Shown here: positions 1-12,400 of the stretch, piece by piece
Layout: each line of letters starts with the position of its first letter
How positions within the stretch are numbered: position 1 is the first letter of the stretch
Origin: Phoronis australis
Lineage: Eukaryota; Animalia; Phoronida
Direction: 5' to 3'
DNA length: 64,000 nucleotides
Assembly: GCA_002633005.1 (NCBI GenBank)
Contig: NMRA01000324.1
Location: 70,691 to 134,690 of the forward strand
Made by a program: the position numbers and the translations under genes
The notes under the pieces: generated by a model
Database searches by the model: none
Told to the model about the DNA's origin: nothing
The model's input: the letters and a program-made list of their open reading frames with translations, nothing else

Positions 1-1030
1 GTGAGTGCGAGGTCATAATGAATCACTACTTTGATTTATTACTTTCATAAGGTAAGTACAGAGTCATTTTGATTCTTGTTCCGCTAGCATACAGCCTGTT
101 TTTCAGAATTAATCAACTAGCATTGTAAAACATTGCACAATTCGTTATTTGCAGCAGTTGGCTTCCTAACATATTTATTGTTAATTAGGTGAACCATTTA
201 ATGTAGCAGAACTACTTAAAAACTTTCAAACTCATGTTAATGGAAATTTAGAAGACAGCTTTAAATAAGCCAAACAAATGAATGCAAATGTAAAGGTGCT
301 GGATAGATCACTGCATTTATAATTTGTTTCAGATGAAGAAGTGAGGGAGTGCCGTTTTCGTCACAAGGTGTTCAGTTCTACAAAAATAACCATGAATTTA
401 CTCTGATAGATCGTCTGAAAGGTATTTCTTGCAACTAAAATTACTTGTTTTTCAAATTTTACCATACAATTTCTTTTTTAATTCAAAATTTATTTCTTGC
501 TGATGCCAAGGATATGATAATACCTTTTCAGCTATTGTTTCTTTATTGTTTTATGACGTCTATACGAGATGTGCTGAGATGGGTTGGTCGCTCCTGTATT
601 CCGAAGGACCTTTGATAGTCTCTAGTGCAAAGGAACTTTAGTTCAAAGAATTGCTTGTCTGAAATTGATTAGGTTGATAACATTGCATCAGAGCTTATAG
701 AAGACTGCACATTTGAGCATAATTAATAATTATTATGAATGCAAATGTTAAAGACTTTGTTTTGAAAATGCAGGGTTCTTTCGGTAATTTTTTCTTGCCA
801 TCCTAGCCCTGTAACCCACCAATCGGCGATATAGTTACCTCATACTTTTTCATGCCAGCTAATCAGATTTATTTCAAAGTGTAATGCTTAGTGGACCAAT
901 CAGACCAATAGCTCATCCGACTAAAGACACTTCAGAATATCAAAAGGATGCCAAACCCGGTTTTGACTTATAAAAAGATACAAAAACGACTTAACTCTCC
1001 AGTTTTCTGGAAAAAAATAATGGCGTGTAA

Positions 1031-1170
1031 CATGGGCGGCGCACCATAGGGGGCTGAGGGGGCTATAGCCCGCACTTTTTTCAGTGGTCCGACGCCCATG
1101 GTCTATTGGCAGTGCACAACAGGGGGCGAGGGGCTATAACCCCCATTTTTTCAGTGCTGCGCTGCCCATG
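1031..1170. mobile_element. GC-rich MITE with 5-bp TSD TGTAA
   Basis: CATGGGCGGCGCA / TGCGCTGCCCATG termini; tgtaa at 1026-1030 and 1171-1175. Confidence 0.7.
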
Positions 1171-3105
1171 TGTAACTCTCAACTACTCTGAAAAGTTCGG
1201 AAAATTTTGAAACTATTTTGAAAGTCTCCTAATAGGCTAAGCACGACCTGCGCCTTGGAGAATTACACGGCAACTGTGGGTAAAGACAACCCATCAAGGA
1301 CCAAAATGCGAGATAGGGGCATGAGTTTTTAGTTAATTCCAGCTCTTTCAAGGATTGACGCCAATGATGCATTATCAAATGATAGGACCAGAATTGGTTG
1401 AATTCATCACAACATGGTTAGTTTCCTTATCTGTGAAGTCAATTTTTCACAAACAAACAAAGCACACATTTTTCGGGTTAATACTCTTTAGAATAAAGGT
1501 CCTTTGGTTTTGAGACCACAAACCTATGAAAATAAAAGTAGTTATAAGAAAAACACAACTTAATTCAGAAGACCAAAAGGCCACTGCTCCTTAAACGTCT
1601 TTCCGACTAACTTCCCGTTGGACTATCGACCTGCAGTAATGCTAAAAGGGGACACACGTAACAGATTTGAACTACAAAGAAATCACAAAAGTATTATTGT
1701 TATTACAATTGTTAATGTCATATTATTGTTTGTGTAAGATAGTATATTTTAGTAAGAATGTAGGATCCATGTCTATGGTCCGAAGCTCTAGTGTTAGCTC
1801 CAATCCTTAGTCCGACAACAAAAATCGGTCGCTCTAATGTACAAACTTCATAGCTAAATACATACGCCATGGTGTCAAGTATTTCACCATATTAACGAGA
1901 GTTACGCGTAAAGTATAACTAAAGATTCCATTACTAAATATATACATCACAGGAATGACAGCTTTTGCAATGTGTGCAAGGATACCTGTCAAATGTAAAT
2001 TGTAAAAAGTGTAAAAAAATCTTGAAACTAAGTAGACACCTCTCCGGCCTAAATATAGTAAAATATACAAAAAATTCCTGTAAATCCCTAAAATTGACAA
2101 AAACTATTTTATGACAGTTTTCACAATGCATGTATTACGAAAAACAACATCCTGTCCAACCTTCGAACTTTTATCATAGCAAAATGTATTGTTTGAAATT
2201 TCAATTTTATTTTCAGGTGATACACTAAATAAATGTCACTAGTATGAAGTCTGGAAACTTCTAGGTTAAAGAAAAATTGACCAAACTATGCAGTGATGCT
2301 GAAAGTGGTGATGACAATACGACAGTCTCCATGGAGGTGGGAAAAGAGTCATCGGGATGTGGTAGTGATGCTAAAAGTGATGTTCACAGGACATTTAATA
2401 AGGGTGTAGCAAAGTTAAGAGGATCTGCCTTCAATAATGAGAGTAGCAATGAGTATCATAATTATGTTTTTTTGTGTCTTAAGCTACATAGTGCCACCTC
2501 AGTTCCCTAAGGTCTTCATTGTCACCATCATCACTTCAACAACAGCCTTTCAGAGTTTTGTTAATTAGATAATACAGACGTCAAATGGCACTGCAGTTTT
2601 TGCAGTTTAAACATCTTTAAAAATAACTGCTTTCAGTTATTGATAATGGTAATCACTATGTATCAGCATTTTGTATGAAGAAAGCAAACACGATTTAATC
2701 TAAAACTATAACATTTTCTTTAATTACATTTGTAGTCGCAGTTGTCACTAAGATGGTCGGAGTCTGAAATTGTGGTGACTGGAAGCCTGCTAAGATCCGT
2801 ATGTTGCGCAGGATGAAACTCTTTTTACATGTATATCACAAATATTGTTTCTATGGATGTACATGTATCCTATATTTTGGTGCTCATCATTTGATTTTAA
2901 AGATAATTTGGATATTAATAGTTCACTATGTGCCAGATCAATAAATGATTAAGTTTTCATCTGTGAGAGTTTTTTATTGGCGAATTAAGCAAGAATGTCA
3001 TTCACGTTGGTTTCAACGTGTTTGTAGAAGAGTATTTTTATCAAAGATATCAACATACACCGTAGAGCCTGACAGAGATGGCGTCATCTGCTCACGTTTC
3101 AGAAC

Positions 3106-3606
3106 TAGAAAACGGACAATTGCCGCACATTACTTTCCCTGAATCTCTCACTCTCATTTCACTTCATGGATATGACTTGAAGGGTAATCGACACTTGTTG
3201 TCCCTCTGTACATATCCTGATGATGTCTTGTTGAATAAGACGAAACGTTGAGTTACCATGAACTTCTTTATTTGTGCGGCAATTGTCCGTTTTCTAATCG
3301 TACTTTGGCCAAAAANNNNNNNNNNNNNNNNNNNNNNNNNNNNNNNNNNNNNNNNNNNNNNNNNNNNNNNNNNNNNNNNNNNNNNNNNNNNNNNNNNNNN
3401 NNNNNNNNNNNNNNNNNNNNNNNNNNNNNNNNNNNNNNNNNNNNNNNNNNNNNNNNNNNNNNNNNNNNNNNNNNNNNNNNNNNNNNNNNNNNNNNNNNNN
3501 NNNNNNNNNNNNNNNNNNNNAGTTTGTTGTACAAACTAATTAAAGCAAAGAACAGCTTACTTTTCAACGCAACATGTATAAAAGAAGGTCTGCTACCCAA
3601 ATACAC

Positions 3607-3608
<2 letters not shown>
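3106..3608 (+). mobile_element. Penelope-like element 5' fragment next to a (TA)n tract
   Basis: [25 protein letters not shown] resembles the N-terminal FNxxCxxxxLLPKYT motif of PLE ORFs; hammerhead-like core at 3218-3249; 24-bp perfect inverted repeat 3106-3129/3273-3296. Confidence 0.6.

Positions 3609-3694
<86 letters not shown>
3609..3694. repeat. (TA)n microsatellite
   Basis: Direct reading. Confidence 0.99.
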
Positions 3695-3697
<3 letters not shown>

Positions 3698-4175
3698 ACC
3701 ACTGGAGTTATCAGCTTGTCCACTCCAACTCCTCCTATGGGAGAGTGCTGCAGGTATCGAAGTCAAGTCAACTCACCTTAAAGTATGTTTTATGAGTTTT
3801 CTTATAATACATTTCTTCACCATATTGTGGTCCTGACTTAAAGAATCCGTGATGTAGAGAACCGCACCTGTGTGAAAAAGGATCGTGTAATATAATGTTA
3901 CACGATCCTTTTTCACACAGGTGCGGTTCTCTGTCATAACTTCTAAGTGACAGAATCTGGCGATGTTGGGATATTCAGGTTGGTTGGAAAGTAACATTCA
4001 GGCATTCTAATTGGTTGATGTTGAGAAGTGCAATTTTGGGCTTTGGGGGAGGTAACTAGTCCGCATAGTGACTTTGAGTTTTGCGGAGGGTTGTAAATCA
4101 TGGATGCCATTCACACACAATTGGATTTTTGAAATTGACATGCAAAGTCAGTGAAAGTAGTTATTTGTTAGCCAT

Positions 4176-5140
4176 GCTCTTAGTCAAGCAATAGTCAGAT
4201 ATAACGTGTGGAAGCTCTTAGTCAAGTAATAGTCAGATGTAATGTGTGGAAGCTCTTAGTCAAGTAATAGTCAGATATAATGTGTGGAAGCTCTTAGTCA
4301 AGCAATAGTCAGATATAATGTGTGGAAGCTCTTATTCAAGCACTAGTCAGATATAATGTGTGGAAGCTCTTAGTCAAGTAATAGTCAGATATAACGTGTG
4401 GAAGCTCTTAGTCAAGTAATAGTCAGATATAACGTGTGGAAGCTCTTAGTCAAGTAATAGTCAGATATAATGTGTTTAACATTTTGAGAGCTAGTCGATA
4501 CCATTATTCAGTGGAGAACACTTGTTCTCAAAATGCGGGCACATTTTATCAGACTTTTACCCTTAGTCATGGGACTGTCCTAGTTGGACTGTGTAAATGA
4601 ACACACCTGAAGAAAGGGTTTATGGTACTGGCTGAGAAGATTTATTACCTCCTACAGATTCTGAATGGCCTAGCCTGGAATGGCGNGCTCTTAGTCAAGG
4701 AATAGTCAGATATCAAGTGTGGAAGCTCTTAGTCAAGCAATAGTCAGATATACGTGTGGAAGCTCTTAGTCAAGCAATAGTCAGATGTAACGTGTGGAAG
4801 CTCTTAGTCAAGTAATAGTCAGATATAAAGTGTGGAAGCTCTTAGTCAAGCAATAGTCAGATATAACGTGTGGAAGCTCTTAGTCAAGCAATAGTCAGAT
4901 ATAAAGTGTGGAAGCTCTTAGTCAAGCAATAGTCAGATATAACGTGTGGAAGCTCTTAGTCAAGCAATAGTCAGATATAACGTGTGGAAGCTCTTAGTCA
5001 AGTAATAGTCAGATATAATGTGTGGAAGCTCTTAGTCAAGTAATAGTCAGATATAATGTGTGGAAGCTCTTAGTCAAGTAATAGTCAGATATAATGTGTG
5101 GAAGCTCTTAGTCAAGTAATAGTCAGATGTAATGTGTGGA
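4176..5140. repeat. 38-bp minisatellite (two blocks, 4176-4476 and 4687-5140)
   Basis: Unit gctcttagtcaagtaatagtcagatataatgtgtggaa. Confidence 0.97.
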
Positions 5141-5922
5141 ACATTTTGAGAGCTAGTCGATACCATTATTCAGTGGAGAACACTTGTTCTCAAAATGCGG
5201 GCACATTATATCAGACTTTTACCCTTAGTCATGGGACTGTCCTAGTTGGACTGTGTAAATGAACACACCTTAAGAAAGGGTTTATGGTACTGGCTGAGAA
5301 GATTTATTACCTCCTACAGATTCTGAATGGCCTAGCCTGGAATGGCGCCATCTGTTGAGAAATACCTTTCCGGCTTGCAGCTGATACAATTACAAGAACA
5401 GACTAAATGGATGTATTCCAGACGAGTTTGTGTTTCTTCATACACTCCAAGTAATAATGCATCAAACAAAACGAAAAAATGATCCATTGTCTTTTTCGGT
5501 TCATTCTCGTATCATATGCTTGTGACAAATGTCCAAATTATGATGCCCACTGATGCCCACAGCACTTGGAACATTGTGCTTCCACAGGGTTACTCTCCCC
5601 TATAGGTGGCGCTGTGACACTGGGTACCTCTTTGTTCATTTACTGTAAGCCAACACTAGTATGTATTACGTTACACTCAGTTATCTCTGCATGTAAACAC
5701 ATGCTTTATTGTAAGATGGATAAATCATCAAAAGCAGTGCCAAGCAGCCATTTATGCTTTTGATAACTCATCTTTATTTCTGCTGTTTCCGTTACTTGTC
5801 AATTGTCTCTTTGCCAAACTATTTTTGAGTGGACTTTTAAAATATCATCAATTTCCACGATATATTGTTTGGCAGATCTTGGTAAACCAACTTATGGTTG
5901 AGCCGGTCTCGCGACATGGATT

Positions 5923-6195
5923 GGTGACTGCTCCTTTGCTTGTTACTGCATGTATCATGTTCTTCCTGTCAGTCTTGCCACCTGGTGACTGCTTGCTACA
6001 CTATATATCATGTCCTTCCTGTCAGTCTCGTCACCAGGTGATTGCTTGCTACAGTATATCATGTCCTTCCTGTCAAGTCCTGCCACCAGATGGCTGCTTG
6101 CTACAGTATATATCATGTCCTTCCTGTCAGTCTCCCCACATGGTGGCTGCTTGCTACAGTGTATATCATGTCCTTCCTGTCAGTCTCGCCACCTG
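5923..6195. repeat. ~52-bp minisatellite abutting a PEX1 acceptor
   Basis: Unit about ggtgactgcttgctacagtatatcatgtccttcctgtcagtctcgccacc, ~5 copies. Confidence 0.92.
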
Positions 6196-6205
6196 TTGTC
6201 TCCAG

Positions 6206-6404
6206 GTCACCATCAAGCGGGTCCTCAATGTCTCACCAGCCACTCGTCTCTTTATTGAGCCTGTCTCGTTCGACGACTGGGAGATACTGGAGCTCAACGC
6301 TGGCTTCATCGAGGCCCATCTCTTGGATCAAGTGCGACTGGTCTGGGACGGCCAGGTCCTGCCCGTCTGGGTCACCAAGTCCATCTGTGTCTTTGTCACT
6401 GTTG
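6206..6404 (+). CDS. PEX1: PEX1 exon (N-terminal domain, VTIKRV...[27 protein letters not shown])
   Basis: tccag acceptor, G|gtaagt donor, PEX1-N motif. Confidence 0.93.
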
Positions 6405-9400
6405 GTAAGTAGCTTGCACGTAGTTCATGTTTTACCAGCTTGTACATACGCTCACTTGATACGAAAATACGAATCTACTCTAAGGAAACTGGCTGGAATG
6501 TTTTTCTCTTTTCTTCTTGGCGAAATGGAATTTTAGTAAGTAAGTCACGTTACGCTGTCGTGAATTTTTCTTGTTTGATAATGTCCATCATATAAACAGG
6601 CATGCTGTAGGTTTAAAAAAATTTGATGAATTTTGTCAAAATTCTTTGATTTTTGTCAAAGTTGTCAGGGCAAAAGACAAAAAGAAAACCAGATAAAAAT
6701 GTCCCTAAAATATTACAAAATCGATATAACTCTTTTGCTTCGAAATCTCATCATTTCTCCACAAGAGATATGATCGCCATTTGTTGTATTGGCGAAGAAG
6801 ACTTCCAAGCTAGTTTGCAAAAAAAACATGAAAAGGGAACTTTATTTCATTTGTTTTCATGAGAAGAGATAAACAAACAATTAAACATAAAATGAACTGC
6901 AAAATGGGCAAATGACAGACCTCCATGAAGGCTGGACGCACACCCATCCTGAGGAAGAATGTTTCTCCAATTGCAATTGGTTTTAAAATCAAAGTGGAAG
7001 AAATGAGGTTTTTACCAAATACTATGAATCATAAGGAGATAAATTCATAGAACATAAAATGTAATAGAAGTAATGGTGAATGTTTAAATATATTATTCTT
7101 AAAGAATGAACTAATGGTGCAGATTTGAAATTTATTGATTTTCCATAAAAGTTTCCATTTTTATAAAACTACCAGTATATTGTTAAAATCTCAATTTGTT
7201 TTGTATGCAAACCATTTGTTAGAAAGAGTTGTTCTTGGTATGAGTTGATATCCAGTTATTGTTACAGACATCAACTGTGGATGTGGTTTAGGTACAACAT
7301 TTTTATGGGAAATTAGTTTGTTTTGAATTCAAGTTAGCTTGATTGAATGCTCATTAAATGCACAAAGAGGCTTTAAATTACCATTAATGTGCTTGGAATG
7401 ATTAGTGTGGGTTGTACAGACAGACTAGATCAATAGGTTCATGTCCCTATAGGTTTGATTAGATTTTGTCATCATTTAAAAGATTTAACATTTTCAATGT
7501 TGATTGTAACTTCAAACACTTAAATTAAGATATGAGTGTTGTTTTAAGTTAGAAGAAAATTTCTGCATGGCTTTGACCTCAGTAGTTATCTCTAGGTTGT
7601 TTGGATCTTGGAATTAAGCAATGAGATTTTCTACCCAAATACCATTGGGAAAATCCAATGCTTTTAGCTTCCTAAAACTATATACTGGTGTTGATGTCTA
7701 AACTAAGGAATGTTTGTGTATCTATCAGCAACCATGTGTTGACAGCTGTCTACTTATTAAGTTTCAGGCTGACGGCTAAGAAATAATAAACCAGAAGCTG
7801 GACTCTGGTTAATATTACCTGGCGTTAAATTGGTTTGGTTGCATTTCTAGATTATTTTTTGTGAAACTTAAAGCTCTTATCTTGATGACACCTTTGGCAT
7901 CATTTGATGTATTACTAATATTGAAATATCATGTTGGCATCGTGTCAAAAATTTGTCTTAAGCAAATCCCTGGTCTCTGGCTGATATTGACCTCTGGATT
8001 TATAAAATCTGTCAGCATTGCTGTTGTGTGTAGCTATCTAGATGATTTGCCAAGTTAAGGTATTTGCCGATTCCAGCCATTGGCTTTAGTGGTCTGGCCA
8101 GTGTATTTCTGGGTATGGCTACTTAGCTGTTGCTTCCCCCTAAGTCTTCTTTTTCTATCCTTCAGTCAAAGTTGAACCATCCTGCAAGTGTGGCTCTCTA
8201 CAGCAGCTCACTGAGGTGATCGTGTCTCCAAAGTCGAGATCTAAAGAAGGATCAACGATTCCAAACACAAAAGTCAGTCCTTTGAAAAGTTCTCACCAGA
8301 ATAATGGTAGCCTGGTAGACACGGACAGTGCATTGTCTGGGAGTCACAGGAGCAAAGATGATTGTCAGTTGCGGGGGAGTATAGCTGGTGCTGGGAAAAA
8401 TAGTTTAAGCAAGCACTCTCAACAAGACATGGAGACTCGGACAGATAAGAAAAAGAAAAGTTTGTGCTCAAACTCTCAATTCTCCATTTTCTGGGATGTT
8501 CTAAGTTATTTCAAAAGTTGGGTTTTTGAAGCAGACACAGGAAAAGAGACAACAGTTGGGAGAACTGTTGATGTTAGTGACTACACCCGTTGTGAAATTG
8601 TGAAGTCGAGAATTAATTTGAAACTCCGCGTGCAGCCACTGACGACTTCAGCGGACAGTGCAAAAGGTTCCACCAGGACATTTCCCAGTTTGGAATCCAT
8701 ACAAAACAATTTGATTGGCCACCAGTGCAGCGTGAGCTTAACTGACCAACCCACAACTGTTTACATTCTTTCACAGACACTCTACTCAATGCTGTTTGAC
8801 TCAGTCACTTCCACTGACCGTCCAACTTCATTTATTGCAAACATAAGCAAGTTACGTTCTCCATCAGAAATGGAAGACAAGAGTGAAAGGTCAAAGAAAT
8901 TAGATCTTGTTAAAGAAAGTAATACGAAGTCTGAAAATGGTGGTGATCAGGAAAAACCTGTAGAGGATACAGGCTGTGTTGTAAGAGTTGTTGTGCTGGA
9001 TAAAGAGTCCGATGTTAAGGAGAGAAAACTGTTCAAGTGGGAGCCGCTGGAAGGAAGTCTTCTGGTTCCAGACTTGTTGAGGAGACAAGTTGGTTTGGAA
9101 ACCGCCTCTCAAGTGCATCTACAGAGTATTGAGATGACACCACGCATCCCTTGTGAAGTGCAATTGACTGCCTTATTAGATTTGGTAAAACTTTGGTATA
9201 ACAACTATTGATGAATTAGTTAGGATATTTATACATGGCCTCTTGCCTAGTTTGTATCCTCTGGGTAGTTGTATCGATTCTGCTTTGATGCTTTTAACAT
9301 CAAGAAAAAGGTCAATAATATAAGTTACAAACAGAGAAAGTAATGGTTTCCTGTTGGTTAATAGTTCATCAGCACGTCTTTAGCTGAAAAATTATGGTTG

Positions 9401-12400
9401 TGGCATTTATTTTGTGGGTAATTAAGAAAAGCTTCCGAAGCTTTTCTTTGTTTTCTTGATTTGAGCCACAGTTCTTGAAGTACGTACATGTTGATTTTAT
9501 TAAATTCACATTTGGCTCAAACATTGAAGCCTTTGAAGTGAAAAACTCACTGGTTCTGCTTATTTTATGTACAAAGTTTCCCATTGGTTATTCTGCCATT
9601 TTCAGCCTCTCCGGTTTACACCAGAAATGGTTATCATGGCATTTGAAACGTGGCTTTCTCAAGTGTCCAGTTACATGTGTCCTCTCATTTGTGGACAGGG
9701 AATATTGTTGAGATTCCCACTGCTTCCAGGTATGTTTGAATCTTGAATATCAATTGATCGCAAAATCCAGATAGTGATTATTATTTTATTCCAAGTTAAA
9801 GCTTTGCAACACAAAAACCAAGGACGTGGTGAAATCTCACATCTTTAGGACATTGTGGATTAGTGAAATTTTTATTCTTCATTTTAGCGTAAAACTTAAG
9901 GAGCGTAAACTAGACGCTTTTTCCTTTTCAACTGTAACCTATTATTACTATCAGGCAGTGTTTTGAGAAACACTGTAACCTGTTATTACTATCAAGCAGT
10001 GTTTCTCAAAACACTGTAACCTGTTATTTCTATCAGGCAGTGTTTTGAGAAACACTGTAACCTGTTATTACTATCAGGCAGTGTTTTGAGAAAAAAAAAC
10101 AGTGCAGGTGGTCGGATGTCATTTGCGGTGCATCAGACGTGCGCAGGCCTCATGGTTGGGCCCATTGCACAAAACACCTGAGCAAAGACACGAGACCTCA
10201 ATTATGGCTCCTCATGAAGAAAGTTTTCAAGTCTGCCAGTCTCCTTTAGGAAAACAGACAGACGTTTCCATTTGTTGCCATGCACTATATGTTATAGGCA
10301 TGTAACAATGCCATCCAGTAGGTTGCTCCTTAGCCTATAAAAAGCTGGGCAAGACTCTACCAGGTGTTTAGGAGATTCTACGTCAGTACCACACTCGGGA
10401 CACACAGGGCTCCCCATATGCCCAGTAATGTGTCTGTGTCGGGCTAGGTTGCAGTGGCCCGTCAAAATTTGAATGACGTGTCTTATACCCAATCTTTCTA
10501 GACTCAGAAGGCTTTTTGAACCTTTTGGTTCGATCACGTTGGGAAAATTCTCCTTGGTTTCTCTGCAGGAGTTAAGTGATGCCCACTGGGCTGCTGACTG
10601 GGCATGTACCCAGTTGCGTATACTCATCCTGCAACATCCATAAGATACCGGGATAGCAGGTTCAGGCACAAAATGCAGAACGCTTGCTCCTATCTTTGTG
10701 AGTCTGTCTGCATTCTCATTGCCATCAATTCCCACATGGGCCCTGACCCAGCGTATATTGACGGTTCTTTCAATTGCAAGCTTGTTAAGCTNCGTAACCT
10801 GTTATTACTATCAGGCAGTGTTTTGAGAAACGCCGTAACCTGTTATTACTATCAGGCAGTGTTTTGAGAAACGCCGTAACCTGTTATTACTATCAGGCAG
10901 TGTTTTGAGAAACGCCGTAACCTGTTATTACTATCAGGCAGTGTTTTGAGAAACGCCGTAACCTGTTATTACTATCAGGCAGTGTTTTGAGAAACGCCGT
11001 AACCTGTTATTACTATCAGGCAGTGTTTTGAGAAACGCCGTAACCTGTTATTACTATCAGGCAGTGTTTTGAGAAACGCCGTAACCTGTTATTACTATCA
11101 GGCAGTGTTTTGAGAAACGCCGTAACCTGTTATTACTATCAGGCAGTGTTTTGAGAAACGCCGTAACCTGTTATTACTATCAGGCAGTGTTTTGAGAAAC
11201 GCCGTAACCTGTTATTACTATCAGGCAGTGTTTTGAGAAACGCCGTAACCTGTTATTACTATCAGGCAGTGTTTTGAGAAACGCCGTAACCTGTTATTAC
11301 TATCAGGCAGTGTTTTGAGAAACGCCGTAACCTGTTATTACTATCAGGCAGTGTTTTGAGAAACGCCGTAACCTGTTATTACTATCAGGCAGTGTTTTGA
11401 GAAACGCCGTAACCTGTTATTACTATCAGGCTGTGTTTTGAGAAACACTGTAACCTGTTATTACTATCAGGCAGTGTTTTGAGAAACTGTGTGTATTCAC
11501 ATCAAACATTTGAAAATGAAAAGTGGGCAATTTGGACTACTATTTTTGTTTGAAGTTGGTGAAGGTTTTCCATAGAATGCATCATTTTCAAATTCAAAAT
11601 TTTAGCATTTCTGATTGTGAAGCATTTTTTTGAGTCAGTGATCAATTGGATGTTCTTACTGGTAACGGATCCAGAACCCTCTCACAGTAGTGATTTTATG
11701 AATAATAGGCGTTATTCTATTCAGTTTTTATTCAGCTAAACAGGGTGAAATGCAGTTTTAAGTAAATGTTTATTGCAAAGTAGATTAATGCAGTGTTTAA
11801 ACATATTCACATGCATTTACTATTTAGACAACTTTGGCATGAATTCTTGATGGAATATTTTCATAGCAAACTCTAATCAAAACTATCTGACTGATTTGTA
11901 AAGCTTAAGAACAACTGTCTCTTAATTAAGTTTTCAAATTGTTTTAACTTTTAAAATGGATTAAATCTTGATATCTGGGTCTTGTATTTCTGAACCATTT
12001 TATCCAAACCCCTGTTACATTAAGTGGTTCAAAGTTCACTGAATGTATTTTTGTTGTAATAGTTGCAAAGTACAGGACAAAAGTAATCAGATAATTCATG
12101 ATTACATGTCTGACATAGCTAATTGGTTAATTCTCTTAAGAGCAAAAACTACTGATAATAAAGATTAGGGTAGTAACATTCTAATCACAGAATGGCTTCA
12201 AGGCATCTCACCAAGTTTCCCGTTCAGTCTAGGTCGTTAGTCGATGACTACACTGACGATAACTTCAGATACCTCTCACACGTAATAATGAGGAGTTCTA
12301 GATTTTTTTCTGAATACTTTTGGCTTCTTCTGTACATGTTATCGAATTTCATTTGAACGAATAAAATATTTTTTGGACTCAATTGGTTATAAGTTTTCTT

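Noticed and set aside
1-425. Possible upstream exons (gtgagt at 1, gtaagt at 52, ag...gt at 333-421)
   Set aside because: All three frames of the candidate exon contain stops and show no PEX1 similarity; the PEX1 5' exons remain unlocated.
4480-5346. ~200-bp direct duplication (4480-4685 vs 5141-5346) flanking the 38-bp array
   Set aside because: First copy ends exactly at a single N (4686); most likely a contig-overlap or haplotype artefact.
10093-10792. LINE fragment as a targeted insertion into the 41-bp minisatellite
   Set aside because: One junction is an assembly N, so TSD and true context cannot be established.
10794-11488. CRISPR-like regular repeats here and at 4176-5140 and 62625-63020
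   Set aside because: Head-to-tail units without unique spacers, no cas genes, eukaryotic context.
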